DNA from: Tubiluchus corallicola
Taxonomy: Eukaryota; Animalia; Priapulida
Length of the DNA stretch: 13,541 bases
Reading direction: 5' to 3'
NCBI GenBank assembly: GCA_030141605.1
Contig: JAQGDQ010002137.1
Coordinates: forward strand, 1-13,541
Part shown: positions 1 to 13,541 of the stretch, piece by piece
Layout: each line of letters begins with the position of its first letter
Numbering within the stretch: the stretch's first letter is position 1
Translations under genes and position numbers: made by a program
Notes under the pieces: model-generated
The model's input: the letters and a program-made list of their open reading frames with translations, nothing else
The model's database searches: none
Told to the model about the DNA's origin: nothing

Positions 1-196
1 GAAGTCATTATCCTAGACTTATATGTACGACCACAAAAACATCACCTTAATGGCGAAGTCAATTATGGCAATATTAAGATTTTGAAACAAACAAATTTTA
101 AAATTCATTTCGAGGTCCAACTATAGAATAGCAGATTTCATTGACATGTACTGCATTTCCTAAGTAACTAGGAAATTCTAGGAATCAAGAACTTAC

Positions 197-12262
<12,066 letters not shown>

Positions 12263-12304
12263 CTGCAAAATCCAACACAGTCTTTTTATAAATATGCAGA
12301 TGAT

Positions 12305-13533
12305 ACCTGTAATACCCCAAACACCGAAATAACTCAAATGGGTTTTGGCCTACTGTACCCCAAACACTCAAATAACTTGAATGAATGTTGGCCTACTACA
12401 CCCCAAAAACTAAAATAACTAGGATGAATGTTTGCCTACTGTACCCCAAACACTAAAATAACTTGAATGAATGTTGGCCTACTACACCTCAAAACTAAAT
12501 TAACTAGGGTGAATGTTGGCTACTACACCCAAAACTAAAGTAACTAGAATGAATGTTGGCTAGTACACCCAAAACTAAAATAACTAGGATGAATGTTTGC
12601 CTACTGTGCCCCAAACACTGAAATAACCTGAATGAATGTTGGTCTACTACACCCCAAAAACTAAAGTAAGTAGAATGAATGTTGACCTACTACACCCAAA
12701 ACTAAAGTAACTAGAATGAATGTTGGCTAGTACACCCAAAACTAAAATAACTAGGATGAATGTTTGCCTACTGTGCCCCAAACACTGAAATAACCTGAAT
12801 GAATGTTGGTCTACTATACCCCAAAAACTAAAGTAAGTAGAATGAATGTTGACCTACTACACCCAAAACTAAAGTAACTAGAATGAATGTTGGCCTACTA
12901 CACCCAAAACTAAAGTAACTAGAATGAATGTTGGCCTACGACACCCCAAAAACTAAAGTAACTAGAATGAATGTTGACTACTACACCCAAAACTAAAGTA
13001 ACTAAAATGAATGTTGACTTACTACACCCCAAAAACTAAAGTAACTAGAATGAATGTTGGCCTACTACACCCCAAAAACTAAAGTAACTAGAATGAATGT
13101 TGGCTAGTACACCCAAAACTAAAATAACTAGGATGAATGTTTGCCTACTGTGCCCCAAACACTGAAATAACCTGAATGAATGTTGGTCTACTACACCCCA
13201 AAAACTAAAGTAAGTAGAATGAATGTTGACCTACTACACCCAAAACTAAAGTAACTAGAATGAATGTTGGCCTACTACACCCAAAACTAAAGTAACTAGG
13301 ATGAATGTTGGCCTACTGCACCCCAAGAACTAAAGTAACTAGAATGAATGTTGACCTACTACACCCAAAACTAAAGTAACTAGGATGAATGTTGGCCTAC
13401 TGCACCCCAAGAACTAAAGTAACTAGAATGAATGTTGGCCTACTACACCCCAAAAACTAAAGTAACTAGAATGAATGTTGGCTACTACAGCCAAAACTAA
13501 GTAACTAGAATGAATGTTGACTTACTACACCCC
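12305..13533. repeat. 40-43-bp minisatellite (~29 units; consensus cctactacaccc(c)aaaa(a)ctaaagtaactagaatgaatgttgg) with a 167-bp four-unit higher-order repeat
   Basis: Unit starts at 12853, 12894, 12935 (41-bp spacing); diagnostic variants ctgtgcccc at 12604/12771/13148 and tagtacaccc at 12561/12728/13103. Confidence 0.97.
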
Positions 13534-13541
13534 ATCTGATA

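Noticed and set aside
19-120. Possible final CYP exon (ctatag|TTG GAC CTC..., LDLEMNFKICLFQNLNIAIIDFAIKVMFLWSYI*)
   Set aside because: In phase and of plausible length, but with a weak pyrimidine tract and no resemblance to the clan-3 C-terminus (xPLxL...P); the real last exon is more likely left of the window.
155-176. Hairpin atttccta-agtaac-taggaaat near the donor at 196
   Set aside because: An 8-bp AT-rich stem is expected by chance in 13 kb.
12305-13533. Possible CRISPR array
   Set aside because: Head-to-tail units with no unique spacers, no cas genes, and a spliceosomal-intron context.

Overview
AT-rich animal genomic DNA, probably from an invertebrate. The whole window lies inside one minus-strand, intron-rich cytochrome P450 gene of the CYP3 clan (CYP3A-like). 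I reconstructed 12 internal coding exons by hand (12262 down to 197; 1408 nt, i.e. 1 nt plus 469 codons). All have AG/GT boundaries and compatible phases, with no stops. The PGP, WxxxR, AGxETT, ExxR, PERF and FxxGxRxCxG motifs are all present. The first (membrane-anchor) and last exons fall outside the window. The introns hold two (GAT)n tracts, a (TC)34 tract, a compound (GGAT)/(GGAC) tract, an 18-bp minisatellite with a 72-bp higher-order unit, a 40-43-bp minisatellite with a 167-bp higher-order unit and an 82-bp tandem duplication. Most long ORFs in the supplied track are repeat artefacts. The most interesting unexplained signal is a ~220-nt, ~51% GC intronic element (7995-8214) with seven co-linear nested stems, side hairpins and a candidate pseudoknot. 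It is a candidate structured RNA, possibly a retroposon 5' module or ribozyme.
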